DNA of 61,231 nt, the filler included, from Dugesia japonica (taxonomy: Eukaryota): assembly GCA_001938525.1 (NCBI GenBank). It is 5 parts of 5 records of this genome, joined end to end, with 100 filler letters (N's around TTAATTAATTAA, not from the genome) between each part and the next. Parts side by side here need not be neighbours in the genome. Positions count along the whole stretch, not along the records: positions 32,758 to 42,425 come from MQRL01617376.1; positions 42,526 to 51,407 come from MQRL01604225.1; positions 51,508 to 61,231 come from MQRL01624021.1; 2 more parts are not named here. The stretch is one strand, 5' to 3'. Every line of letters begins with the position of its first letter. Position 1 is the stretch's first letter. Positions 41,196 through 52,905 of this stretch are shown in pieces. A program made the position numbers and the translations under genes. The notes under the pieces were generated by a model that worked only from the letters and a program-made list of their open reading frames with translations, searched no databases and was not told the origin of the DNA.

Positions 41196-41229
<34 letters not shown>

Positions 41230-41279
41230 NNNNNNNNNNNNNNNNNNNNNNNNNNNNNNNNNNNNNNNNNNNNNNNNNN

Positions 41280-41346
<67 letters not shown>
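41157..41346. repeat. (AAT)n microsatellite
   Basis: Direct observation; the left part of the tract is at 39841-39862. Confidence 0.98.
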
Positions 41347-41348
<2 letters not shown>

Positions 41349-42174
41349 TCTAATATTACAGGTTTTTGTAGAAATATATTTAAAAAGTTTCAAAATATAT
41401 GTAAAATTTGTTTGAATTTACACACTTTCAAAAAATGAATACATCTATTTTATTTATTTAAAATAAAATTTAAATTTATTTAATTAAATGTATATGAATA
41501 TTGGAATATTTGATTTATATATATTTTGAGCATTTTACAAGATTATTATTTTAAATATATTTCTTCAAAAACTTGTAATAAAAAATAACTGTTTAAAATT
41601 TGTTAACAGATATTAGCTAGTTTCATGTTTTTCTAGACTTTCAGGCATTAATTAATATTGAACGATAACAAAATATTCTATTAAAAANTTTAATCACACA
41701 AATTAGGTTAAATATTAATGTTAAGAAATAGGTTTTCAAAATATATTTTTTGAGAATATTTCGTGATTGTAAAGGTGAAAACTAATAATTACAAATTAAA
41801 AAGTATTACAATTATTGAAAAACTACAAATTCCACATATTACAAATACAACAATATATAAATATTTACACCCAACCAAATACTCAGCAAAACAAGCCAAT
41901 ATCAAATATAGAATAAAAACCCAAAGAATAATATTCATCATGCAATATAGATTACCAATCAGTTTCGGCAAATAACAACTCTAATTGCAAATTTTAACAT
42001 GATTATAAATTGTCTCTCTAAATTCAAATTCTAATTTCAGCCGTGTTATAAACTTTATTTAAACATCAAAAAATTTTCTGTATATTTAATTCCTGATAAA
42101 AATAATCAAGGAAATTTATTTTTCCGCATCAATTAAATTTGTTTAAATTAATCAAATAATTCATAAAACTAAAA

Positions 42175-42425
42175 ATGGAAAACAGTTGTCCAATTTGCTA
42201 TGAAAATTTGTCTGATGATGGTTGCATAATATTTTCTGGATGTGATCACAAGTTTTGTTTGCAATGTAGTAAAGAATTGATATTTAAAATAAAAGTAAAT
42301 TGCCCACTGGATCGAACAAATATTCAATTTATCCAACAATCTCAACACGATAACAAAATTGTTTCTAAATCCATTTTTGAATTTCAGTGTGAATTGTGGG
42401 AAGAAAAACAATCAGAATTTCAAAA
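42175..42425 (+). CDS. C3HC4-type RING finger protein, 5' part (truncated by scaffold end)
   Basis: CPIC-x13-CDHKFCLQC-x11-CPLDR (last ligand Asp, as in some RING variants). Confidence 0.8.
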
Positions 42426-42899
42426 NNNNNNNNNNNNNNNNNNNNNNNNNNNNNNNNNNNNNNNNNNNNTTAATTAATTAANNNNNNNNNNNNNNNNNNN
42501 NNNNNNNNNNNNNNNNNNNNNNNNNCCAAGACAGAAAAGATAACCAAGCAAAGAAAGACGATGGAACAATAATGAATGAGAATTAAGATCAGAGAGATAA
42601 TCATTAAACATCAAAAAGCCTAGTAACCCAACAATGGAATGTATTATTACAGTCTGGCTCAAAATATCTATATTTGCGAATATAATTATATTGTTTGTGA
42701 GGATATTTTATATTTATTATAAATGTTTATTAAAACTGTATGTTGCATAATTAATATTTGACAATGAGTTCAAATATTTTGTATGTTGCATAACAGGTCA
42801 ATGTTTGTTTGCTGATTGAGGTATTTTGATTGCTCAAATCATAATTGCATATATATTTATTCATCCTTTTTAAATTGTTATATTAATAAATATTATGGT

Positions 42900-44020
42900 T
42901 ATGAAACAGACTTCTTACATAGCGACCACCCAAGGACATATGCTCAATTCCTTTGTTCCTACTCCAAAAACCTTCGATATTGGAGACGATGTGGAATAAT
43001 TTTTAATCGAGATAGCAAGATTTTATAAGCTTACAATGACTCAAGGTCATGAAAATCTCTTAAAACTTCCCATTCGAAACCATTAGTTTTTATTTCATAA
43101 TTAGAAATATGCAATGGAGATAATATATAACTTTTTCGGAGTGTCATATTATTTTCAAGCGGTTTTTGATCTTATTTAAGGACATTTATAGAAATGTTGA
43201 ATAATTTTTCCAAAGTGTTAATCTTATTTATTGGAAAAGCTGTCTTCATTACTTGATTTAGGTCTATACCATTTTCCATAAATACATCAGTATTTATTGC
43301 CTTAAAATATTTTGAATAATATTAAAATTCAATTTTATGGTGTAACTCATCCGGTTGAGGAAATAAATATGCAATTATATGACAAAATATGCAGAAATTA
43401 TCTTTTGTTTTAATATTTATAATTGAGTTGAATCTTAATGGAAAATTTGAAATGTGTCCTCCACGTAGAAATTTAACTCTGATGAATTCTAATGCAAGTT
43501 CTTTAAAACCTATCATTCTCCAATTGCTTCCTTGTAAACTATTCATCTTTTTCTCGAAAACATTATTTATGCTAATATACATTTCTTCATAATTATTTCT
43601 ACTATTATTAAAACAAATTAAAGGATGCGACCGAATTAATATATCCTGTTCTAAAGTATTTCTATTTTATATCTATTCATTAATTAATAAATCGTCTCTT
43701 TTCATATAAACGGTGCTGGAGATTATAGATTTGAAGTTCTTGTAAGGAAAGTGTTCTATCTTATCCATAATTGTATTTTCAAAACTGGATAAATAGGTAT
43801 TTATATTATCAGTTAAAATTAATTCATGGAATATAAGCTCATTAAAATAATAGGCGTGAACATTTATTGCTTCCAATCTATTAATCTCCCGTTGTTCGCG
43901 ATTATATCTTCGCTCTTCTTGCCGATTAAAGAAACGGATGGACCTATTAATTCTATTTCTCCTATTTCTCCTTATAATTGGAGGTAAATTAGGATTATTA
44001 TTTCTTCGTAACGCTGGCAT
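42900..44020 (-). pseudogene. Decayed N-terminal part of a Maverick/Polinton-type (protein-primed PolB-associated) ORF
   Basis: QGSNW...LRGGHISNFP...IINIKTKDNFCIFCHIIAYLFP and FPINKINTLEKLFNISINV resemble the GSGW..LP..IIN..N.D..CF.W.I.A / FP..I..FE..N.ISINV pattern I recall for such elements. No catalytic motifs present. Confidence 0.6.
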
Positions 44021-44700
44021 AACTTTTTATTATTATTTCATTTTTATTTATTTAAAATAATGTTATTTATTAAAGTGTAATAGTTATTGAATGGGATGAA
44101 TGTCACTTGTGGCTTATTTTTTCAGCGTTTTTGCATGGTTTTATTTATTTTATTTAATCATTTTAGTCAATTGATACAAATTTTGGGTTTTCTGTCATTG
44201 AATCGAAAAAACCCTTAAAAACGTCCATTTTCGACATGGTGAAAAAATCCAAAAAAGTGCTATAGGGCCGATTCCGCTCATTTAACAACTACTTAAATGA
44301 ACGTGTACTAATTAACCCGAAAATGTTAAATTCATTGAAAATAGCGATTTATTGGTTTTTATAAATTTGAACAATAGATTTATTTTGATAATTATGTTTG
44401 GCTAGAACACATACGTCCGGCAACANNNNNNNNNNNNNNNNNNNNNNNNNNNNNNNNNNNNNNNNNNNNNNNNNNNNNNNNNNNNNNNNNNNNNNNNNNN
44501 NNNNNNNNNNNNNNNNNNNNNNNNNNNNNNNNNNNNNNNNNNNNNNNNNNNNNNNNNNNNNNNNNNNNNNNNNNNNNNNNNNNNNNNNNNNNNNNNNNNN
44601 NNNNNNNNNNNNNNNNNNNNNNNNNNNNNNNNNNNNNNNNNNNNNNNNNNNNNNNNNNNNNNNNNNNNNNNNNNNNNNNNNNNNNNNNNNNNNNNNNNNN

Positions 44701-46650
44701 TATAAATAAAGAGGTCTCTACAACCTTATTTTATTACTATAATAAAGAGAAAATTCTCTTTTAATATTATTTTTTTTATAATTTTTCTTGTTATTTGGTT
44801 AATTAACGAAAATAACAACAAGTAGCCCAGGCACTGCATAATTTATCTGCTGGTTTTTCCAAATGCTGAATCAGCAAAATTCAGCTGAATTCAGACAAAG
44901 CAGATAAAGCTATTTTCACTTGATGACCTGAATTTGGATTTTCGAAATTCAGTGTCAATCATTCTTGCTTACAGACACAAAATGAAGATGTCCAGAGAAG
45001 AGAGAGCACGCGTAACGAGAATAAAGTAACTCCCAATCAAAACGCTAGATTTTTAAATTCTCGACGAGATATATTCAAAATGAAAGAAAATAATCGACAC
45101 TTTTTTTACGAAACCACTTTAATCACTAAAACTTGTATTAGTTCGATTTGTTCAACAGCAGGAAAAGTTTTGGCGGAGCTAAAAGAAAATTTTTACATAA
45201 TCAAACAATTTACCGGAAAAAACCAAATTTGAGATAAAGAGTAATTTTAATTTTTTTAGCTTTTAATAACTTGTTAATCCGAGTGACTTTCTCCAAAAAG
45301 AACGACCGTGCTTCTGATGGAACATGTACAAATTATTACAGAGAATTAAATGAAAAATATCATTGTACCGACGATCGTACTCCAACAGCATCAATTTAAA
45401 ACAAATCGAGAAATAAAACGTGCCGAGTTTAAAACAGATGGGGACTTAGAGTGTATGAAAGTTAAACAGATTGAAAATTAAAATGAAGTAACTTTGAATC
45501 TGGCCAAGAGTTAAAAAGTGCTGACGTTAGAGTCAATCGAGAGTAAGAATTATTGACGTTGAAATGCCGGTCAAATCAGCGAGGATAAAACGCAGTAATA
45601 GAGTTAAAATATTCTTAATTAAAATATTATTATAGATAATAAAATTGAAATGATCAAAATTAGATGGATGTTTGAGATCATAAAGCTGGAATGTTAATTG
45701 AAATACTAAAGTCAAACGGCTAGTCGAAATATGTTACGTGGAAATATGGTTCGAGAAATGAAGTGGTAATGATTAAAGATAAAATGTCATCCGAACTAAT
45801 AAAGTGAAACAATCAAAGTTAAAATATTGTTCGAGATGAAGAAGTTGAAATGTTTGAAGTTCAAATGCTATTCGGGATAAAACAGTGAATTGATTAAAGT
45901 TAAAATGACGTACGAGAGAAGATCGTCAAATGTTCGAAGTTAAAGGTTGGTCGAGATTAAAGCTGACCTGTTATGCGGGTTAATAAAGTTAGAATGTTAG
46001 TTGAGATTAATAACATATCTGGGAATAATATGTTGTGGGACATTGAGAAAATATCTGAACGGAGAATGTGGTAACTGAGATAATTACATGTCAGAAGCTC
46101 GATTATGATTCGCGGAAATTAAATAATGAGGAGAGATCTGTTTTAATGTAACATTTTCCTTTCTTGGTTGATGTAGTATGGCATTTTTAATTTAATTTTG
46201 TTTATTTTAAATCTGATAATAAACCTATTAAGATCATATGATATTTTAATTAATTTTGTTTATTGAAGTAAATAATCATTAATCGACTAATCAATTCAGT
46301 CTTAATTTTATTGTAAAGAAAAAGTCGTTAAGATCTCAGTGAAACTGAGACGTCATGTTGTACAACTCTCATATGATAATTACATCTAAGTTGTATTCGA
46401 AAAGCTATAATCGAACATGTAGTTATAAATAAATAGTTATTGTTGTTGAGAGAGTATTATAGTGTTCTAGTTTTGTATTATCAATTTCATTGTTTGTATA
46501 AGCTGTGATAAGGAGAATCGAGATGGTAGAAGTACTGAGCAGAGTATAAAAATCAAGTATCAGGATAGAGAATTTCATTGTAAAGACGCGAAACCACATA
46601 GTCGCGCATGAACTCTGAAACAGATGGGCATGGTACATTGGTACCATCAA
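44701..46650 (+). mobile_element. Family B copy (inverted relative to 37667-39612)
   Basis: TAAAGAGG.CTCTAC.ACCTTATT, TAGCCCAGGC, GACCTGAATTTG, AATTCAGTGTCAATCATT and ACCACA..GTCGCG shared in collinear order. Confidence 0.75.
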
Positions 46651-47665
46651 CGCTTGTGATTTTTAGGTATGCCCCTGGACACCGTAGTGAGAAATATAAA
46701 TTTTGAGTACAAGAAAAACTGATGATAAAATCAATTCAAACAACAAAATAAAATTTAAACTGTCATTTAAAAAAATCATAAAAACCCAACAATTATTATA
46801 ATATTAATTTAACCTATACTTTTTAAAACTAAATTTTAATATAATTAACAATTTAAAAATTTAAGTATGCATTCGTTAATAAAATGGATTCATAAATAGT
46901 AAAACGAATTCAAAGTTATTTTTTGTAAAAATATGCCCTTATTTATAAAACTCAAAGTAAAAGAAAAGTTTACAATTTATAAACGTAACACAAAATAAAT
47001 TGGATGTGTAACATTTTTTATTGTATTGATAATTAAGCATATTTTTAAGTATTTAAAAATAAATATTATTCATATATTGGTCTGATTTGCTTCTAATTAT
47101 ATGTATTAATAATTAAAATTAATAATAATTATAATCAATAATAATTATTATTAATAATGATTATAATTAATAATAATTATAATTTTAAATAATGATCATT
47201 AATAGCCTAACCGTAAGATTTAATAATAATTATAAATTCAATTTAGAATGATCGAGTTAAGTTTTCCAAATCTTCCGCGACACACTGTTTGAGAAAAACT
47301 GTATTAAATTGAAAATTATGAAAAACTATAGAAAGAAGAAAATGTATTAAGTTTACTATTATACTTTCTAGAATTTTTTTGTTACGAATTTTAAAATGAA
47401 ATTGGTCATTTTAGATTTCATTCATATTTTAAAAGACTGAATAACTGAATATTTTTAATTAAATTAATTTATACTTTGTTTAAATAAAAAATAGCAATTA
47501 ATTATTTTTGAATTATGGGTATGATGAAATTTTAAGTTTTTATATTAAATTAATTTTATTTTAGAATCTTNNNNNNNNNNNNNNNNNNNNNNNNNNNNNN
47601 NNNNNNNNNNNNNNNNNNNNNNNNNNNNNNNNNNNNNNNNNNNNNNNNNNNNNNNNNNNNNNNAT

Positions 47666-50600
47666 AATAGAACCTTTTTAGTTGAAGATAGACTAACAGA
47701 TGCTGATAAAAGTGTGTTTTTGACCTTGCACAATAATGATAGCTTTCGTTCATTACTGAACTCTAATGCCTTATCCACAAATTTGGTGAGATATTACAAT
47801 TACTTAGTTCAATTAGATGAAATAAAAGTTGTTCTGTCAAAACTAAAAACTACTACATCAGCACCGAAAGAAGTTAAATCAACATCTTCGGTACAATTTG
47901 AAGATGGTGGAAAATTTATTGCTCTTAAAAATGCTACAAAGGGTAATGTAGTAGTACGGTTTCCTCCTGAAGCTAGTGGTTATTTGCACATTGGTCATGC
48001 TAAAGCTGCTTTGATTAATCAACATTACAAAGATCATTATGAAGGTAAATTGATAATGAGATTTGATGACACAAATCCTGCTAAAGAATCTGCCGAATTT
48101 GAAAAAATTATTTTGGAGGATGTTAAAAGTCTTGGAATTACATATGACCATTTCAGTTATTCTTCAGATCATTTTGACTTATTAATAAAGTACTGCGAAG
48201 ATTTAATAATTTCCGGAAATGCTTACGCTGATGATACAGATCCTGTACAAATGAAAAAAGATCGCGAAGAGAAAGTTATATCAAAATGTAGAAATCGGTC
48301 TGTTGAAGAAAATCTACATATTTGGAATGAAATGAAATTAGGATCAGATGTGGGAGTAAAAAATTGCGTCCGTATTAAATTTGATATGAACTCTAATAAT
48401 GGCTGTATGAGAGATCCAACTATTTACAGATGCAAACCTGAAATTCATCCTAAAACCGGTGATAGATATAAAGTCTATCCAACGTACGATTTTGCTTGCC
48501 CAATTGTTGATAGTATTGAAGGTGTGACACACACTTTAAGAACCAGTGAATATAACGACAGGAATGAACAATTTTACAAATTTCTTGATCTACTTAAACT
48601 CAGGAAATCCGCTATCGCAGACTATTCGAGATTATCTTTACAAAACACTGTTTTATCAAAGCGTAAATTAACTTACATTGTCGATGAGGGTTATGTCGAT
48701 GGATGGGATGATCCTAGAATGCCGACAGTTCGAGGAATTCTCAGACACGGTATGACCATTAATGGATTGAAAGAATTTGTTCTGGCACAAGGATTCGGAC
48801 GTGCCAATGTTGTGATGGAGTGGGATAAATTATGGGCATTTAATAAGAAGGTTATTGACCCGATTGTTCCTCGATATACTGGCTTGACTGGATCGGAAAA
48901 ATCATTAGTTTTAGTGAAAATAATCGATCAATCCACCATTGTAAAAGATTCTGTTGTTAAACATCCGAAAAACGATTCTATTGGCAAGAAATCTATTTGG
49001 TTCAGCCCAAGTGTATTTGTGGAAATGAACGACGCTGTTGATTTTGTAGAGGGAACAAATGTCACTTTTATCAACTGGGGTAACATTTTAATTACCAAAA
49101 TTCATCGAAATAGTGACAATACGATCAAATTTGTCGAGGGAAAATTGAATTTATCCGACAGAGACTTCAAAAAAACTCAAAAAATCACATGGATGCCTTT
49201 GGGAGAGAATGATGACGTCACAGCGTTTTCAATACCGATTTCGACGATTTTCTACGACAATATTATCACGAAAAACGTTCTTGGAAAGGATGACGACTTC
49301 AAAAATTTCCTAAATAAAAACTCGAAACGAGAAGAATGTTTAATCGGAGATATTGAGTTGAAAGATTTGAAAAAAGGAGAAATTGTTCAGTTACAACGAC
49401 GAGGATTCTTTATTTGCGATGAAGAATATCGAAAGAAATGTAAAGTGACTGGAAATGAGTTGCCGTTGGTTTTGATCAATATACCCGAAGGAAATACCAA
49501 AGAACGACCGACTGTAGGTATGAAACAAAAATCTGGAACAACTTCAAAACCAGATTCCGGTGACCAAAATGATAAAAAGAAAGAAAAGAAGGACGGCTCT
49601 AGTGCAAGAGAAACCAAGAAGGATGGTTCTAGTGGAAGAGAAACCAAGAAGGATGGCTCTAGGGCAAGAGAAACCAAAAAGGATGCATCAAGTGCAAAAG
49701 AAACCAAGAAGGATGCATCAAGTGCAAGAGAAACCAAGAAGGATGCATCAAGTGCAAGAGAAACCAAGAAGGATGCATCAAGTGCAAAAGAAACCAAGAA
49801 GGATGCATCAAGTGTAAAAGAAACCAAGAAGGATGCAACAGATGTGAGTAAAACCGAATCTCAAGTGAAAAAGGTTACTCGCCTAGGTCTAGAAGTATCA
49901 AAGAGTGAAAATTTTTCCGAATGGTACACTCAGATTATCATAAAGGCAGGCCTAATTGAATATTACGATATCAAAGGTTGTTACATTCTTTTGCCGTTAA
50001 CTATGAAGTTGTGGGAAAAAATCCAAAACCATATCAACCAATTCATCGAGACAATCGGAGTTGAACCGTGTAGCTTTCCGTATTTTATTTCGAAAAGTGC
50101 TTTAACCAAAGAAAAAGATCATATCGCAGACTTCTCTCCAGAGGTAGCTTGGGTAACAATGGCTGGTGATAAGAACTTAGAGGAACCAATAGCGATTAGA
50201 CCGACTAGTGAAACGGCCATGTATCCGTATTACGCCAAGTTTATCCAGTCTCACAGAGATCTGCCATTGAAATTCAACCAGTGGTGCAGTGTGGTCAGGT
50301 GGGAATTCAAGCATCCCATGCCATTTCTGAGGAGTAGAGAATTCCATTGGCAGGAAGGTCACACAGCATTTTCCAATCAGAAAGACGCTACTGATGAGGT
50401 CTATCAAATTTTGGATCTTTATGCTTCGGTCTATGAAGATTTATTGGCGATTCCTGTTGTGAAAGGAAGAAAAACCGAAAAGGAAAAGTTTGCAGGAGCT
50501 GATTTTACGACGACAACTGAAGTTTACATAGGAGCTTCCGGTCGTGCCATACAAGGTGCCACGTCTCATCATTTGGGTCAGAATTTCAGTAAAATGTTCG

Positions 50601-51376
50601 ACATTAGTTTCGAGTCAACCAGCGGGAAACAGGAATTTGTCTATCAGAACTCATGGGGCATGACAACTAGAACCCTGGGTATATTGGTTATGGTACATGG
50701 TGACGATAAAGGGCTTGTATTGCCACCGAGAGCTGCACTACATCAAGTGGTAATTGTACCGTGTGGACTGACAGTCAAATCGACTGACGAAGAATCTCAA
50801 TCAATCTATGATAAGTGTAAAAGCTTGGCTGAGAGATTGCGCAAGGTGAATATCAGAGTTCAGGCAGATTTAGAAACTCATCGATCTCCTGGATTTAAAT
50901 TTAACAAATGGGAATTAAAGGGTGTACCGATTAGAATTGAAATGGGCCCCAAAGATATAGCCAATAAGAAAATTGTTTTGTGCTACAGATTAAATGGAGT
51001 AAAAGAAACAATTGATGACGAAGGAATGGAACAAGTTATGCTTGAAAAGCTGGAAGATATTCAAAAAATGATGTTTAACAAAGCAAAAGAAGAATTGGAC
51101 AGTCATAGAACAGTGGCTTATAATATGGATAATCTGTGTAAAGCACTTAATAACAAGATGCTGGTAACATGTCCATTTTGCGGAGATAAAGCTTGTGAAG
51201 ACAAAATTAAGCTTTTAAGTGCTGGAGAGTCGATTGTCGAAGAAGGTGCTCCCTCAATGGGTGCAAAATCATTATGTATTCCATTTGATCAGCCTGACAA
51301 TCTTGGTGACAAATGCATCAATAATGAGTGCACCTTGAAACCAAAATATTTTACAATGTTTGGAAGAAGTTATTAA
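47666..51376 (+). CDS. EPRS: Bifunctional glutamyl-prolyl-tRNA synthetase, main exon; true start upstream (possible first exon ATG at 47248, N gap in between)
   Basis: GST-C-like remnant RTFLVEDRLTDADKSVF. GluRS motifs RFPPEASGYLHIGH, RFDDTNP, YPTYDFACP, VLSKR, GWDDPR. Eukaryote-type ProRS motifs IRPTSET, FLRSREFHWQEGH, QGATSHHLGQNF and C-terminal FGRSY. Confidence 0.98.
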   Translation, partial: NRTFLVEDRLTDADKSVFLTLHNNDSFRSLLNSNALSTNLVRYYNYLVQLDEIKVVLSKLKTTTSAPKEVKSTSSVQFEDGGKFIALKNATKGNVVVRFPPEASGYLHIGHAKAALINQHYKDHYEGKLIMRFDDTNPAKESAEFEKIILEDVKSLGITYDHFSYSSDHFDLLIKYCEDLIISGNAYADDTDPVQMKKDREEKVISKCRNRSVEENLHIWNEMKLGSDVGVKNCVRIKFDMNSNNGCMRDPTIYRCKPEIHPKTGDRYKVYPTYDFACPIVDSIEGVTHTLRTSEYNDRNEQFYKFLDLLKLRKSAIADYSRLSLQNTVLSKRKLTYIVDEGYVDGWDDPRMPTVRGILRHGMTINGLKEFVLAQGFGRANVVMEWDKLWAFNKKVIDPIVPRYTGLTGSEKSLVLVKIIDQSTIVKDSVVKHPKNDSIGKKSIWFSPSVFVEMNDAVDFVEGTNVTFINWGNILITKIHRNSDNTIKFVEGKLNLSDRDFKKTQKITWMPLGENDDVTAFSIPISTIFYDNIITKNVLGKDDDFKNFLNKNSKREECLIGDIELKDLKKGEIVQLQRRGFFICDEEYRKKCKVTGNELPLVLINIPEGNTKERPTVGMKQKSGTTSKPDSGDQNDKKKEKKDGSSARETKKDGSSGRETKKDGSRARETKKDASSAKETKKDASSARETKKDASSARETKKDASSAKETKKDASSVKETKKDATDVSKTESQVKKVTRLGLEVSKSENFSEWYTQIIIKAGLIEYYDIKGCYILLPLTMKLWEKIQNHINQFIETIGVEPCSFPYFISKSALTKEKDHIADFSPEVAWVTMAGDKNLEEPIAIRPTSETAMYPYYAKFIQSHRDLPLKFNQWCSVVRWEFKHPMPFLRSREFHWQEGHTAFSNQKDATDEVYQILDLYASVYEDLLAIPVVKGRKTEKEKFAGADFTTTTEVYIGASGRAIQGATSHHLGQNFSKMFDISFESTSGKQEFVYQNSWGMTTRTLGILVMVHGDDKGLVLPPRAALHQVVIVPCGLTVKSTDEESQSIYDKCKSLAERLRKVNIRVQADLETHRSPGFKFNKWELKGVPIRIEMGPKDIANKKIVLCYRLNGVKETIDDEGMEQVMLEKLEDIQKMMFNKAKEELDSHRTVAYNMDNLCKALNNKMLVTCPFCGDKACEDKIKLLSAGESIVEEGAPSMGAKSLCIPFDQPDNLGDKCINNECTLKPKYFTMFGRSY
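49586..49836 (+). repeat. Coding 30-bp tandem repeat (KKDASSARET x8 plus partial) in the EPRS linker
   Basis: AAGAAGGATGCATCAAGTGCAAGAGAAACC units, in frame. Confidence 0.98.
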
Positions 51377-51751
51377 AAACTGTTTTTTAATATAGCTTGG
51401 TTTTTTANNNNNNNNNNNNNNNNNNNNNNNNNNNNNNNNNNNNNNNNNNNNTTAATTAATTAANNNNNNNNNNNNNNNNNNNNNNNNNNNNNNNNNNNNN
51501 NNNNNNNTTGTGATTGAATTTTCTTTCATCTTTTTTCCCAATTCTCTTCATGTTTGACGGTAATCCTCTGTCAATAGAACGTTCAAATGGTCCTCATCGA
51601 ATTTGGATGGTAGACCAGAGTGGCAAGTATCCTAAAGGTCGAAATATACCATTTTGTAACATGGTGGACTAATCCTTTGCAGTACTTGAGACCATTGCAC
51701 CTTCTCTGTACACAGCACAAATATCTCGGACAACTTTTGCAACTTTTAGAC

Positions 51752-51860
51752 CTCGACGCTCATACTAGTTTGGGTACACCCGATCTCGGAAGTTAAGCAG
51801 CACTAGGCCTCGTTAGTACTTAAAACGTGAGCAGTGTCGACTGAGCCTGGCTGGTGTTTG
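51752..51860 (+). pseudogene. 5S rRNA-derived sequence (pseudogene or SINE3-like head)
   Basis: CATACTAGTTTGGGTACACCCGATCTCGGAAGTTAAGCAGCACTAGGCCTCGTTAGTACTT matches eukaryotic 5S (CATAC..CCCGATCTCG[~10 nt deleted]GAAG.TAAGCAG..GGCC..GTTAGTACTT). Box C region diverged. Confidence 0.75.
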
Positions 51861-52905
51861 GTTAGTGATAACCTTACGCATTACCATGGCAAAAGAAGTC
51901 CACCACTTCGTATACGGATGTTTGCGCCAAGTCTTTCAAGGTTCTCTAAGAATCATTTATCTGCCTTAGAAGAAGTTCATAAGAAGTTCATTAAACGCGA
52001 ATAAAAGTAGATATCTAAAATGTTATTTTTTTTTATCTACTTAAAATTCACTGAAATTTCTAACCGAGTAAAGATTTGGATGTGAAAATGGATTTTTATT
52101 TTNNNNNNNNNNNNNNNNNNNNNNNNNNNNNNNNNNNNNNNNNNNNNNNNNNCATTAGATCGTCGATGGGATACTCCAATCAGCTAGTAGAATCTGATCC
52201 TGCTAGTTGATTTCCCTACGACATCAGATCTACGATGCCCAGTAATGGGGTTTCTTCGCCTGAAAGGGCAATGTTAATCTCGGCGTTAAAATACGTGTTG
52301 TTCACTGGGCCTCGTTAGTACATATAACGTGAGCAGTGTCGACTGAGCCTGGCTGGTGTTTGGTGTTTGGGGTTTCTTCGTCTGAAAGGGCAATGTTAAT
52401 CTCGGCGTTAAAATACGTGTTGTTCACTAGGCCTTGTTATTACTGATAACGTGAGCCTGGTTGAAGTTTGGTTAGAGATAACATTACGCATTTCCTGTGC
52501 AAAAATGAGTCTACCACTTCGTATTTGATGTCTCGGTTGTTCAAGTTAGTTTCGGTTAAGTCCTTTCAAATTTTCTTATAATTCTCTGCCTAATAGAGAG
52601 TTTCATCATTAGATCGTCAATGGGACATTCAACATCATCTAGTAGATTTATATTCCTGCTAGTTTATATCCCAGCGACATCCGATCTACGGTGCACATTC
52701 TGCAAATGGCTATTTTCACTGAGGCGTATTAATACGTGTAGTTCACTTAGACGTGTATTTAAATAATAAGTATTTAATAAATTTTTTATCTGTATTTTAA
52801 CAGTCTGCAAATGGCTATTTTCACTGAGGCGTATTAATACGTGTAGTTCACTTAGACGTGTATTTAAATAATAAGTATTTAATAAATTTTTTATCTGTAT
52901 TTTAT
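51800..52905 (+). repeat. Complex tandem repeat containing the 3' half of the 5S-like sequence
   Basis: CACTAGGCCTCGTTAGTAC..ACGTGAGC recurs at 52303 and 52425. CATTAGATCGTC block at 52153 and 52607 (454-bp period). ~114-bp duplication at 52690-52905. Confidence 0.8.

Noticed and set aside
41127-41438. Poly-Ile / poly-Tyr ORFs
   Set aside because: Translations of the (AAT)n microsatellite and Ns.
49387-49827. Antisense repeat ORF (LDASFLVSLA)n and alternate-frame ORF 49560-49817
   Set aside because: Shadows of the 30-bp EPRS coding repeat, which lacks stops in those frames.
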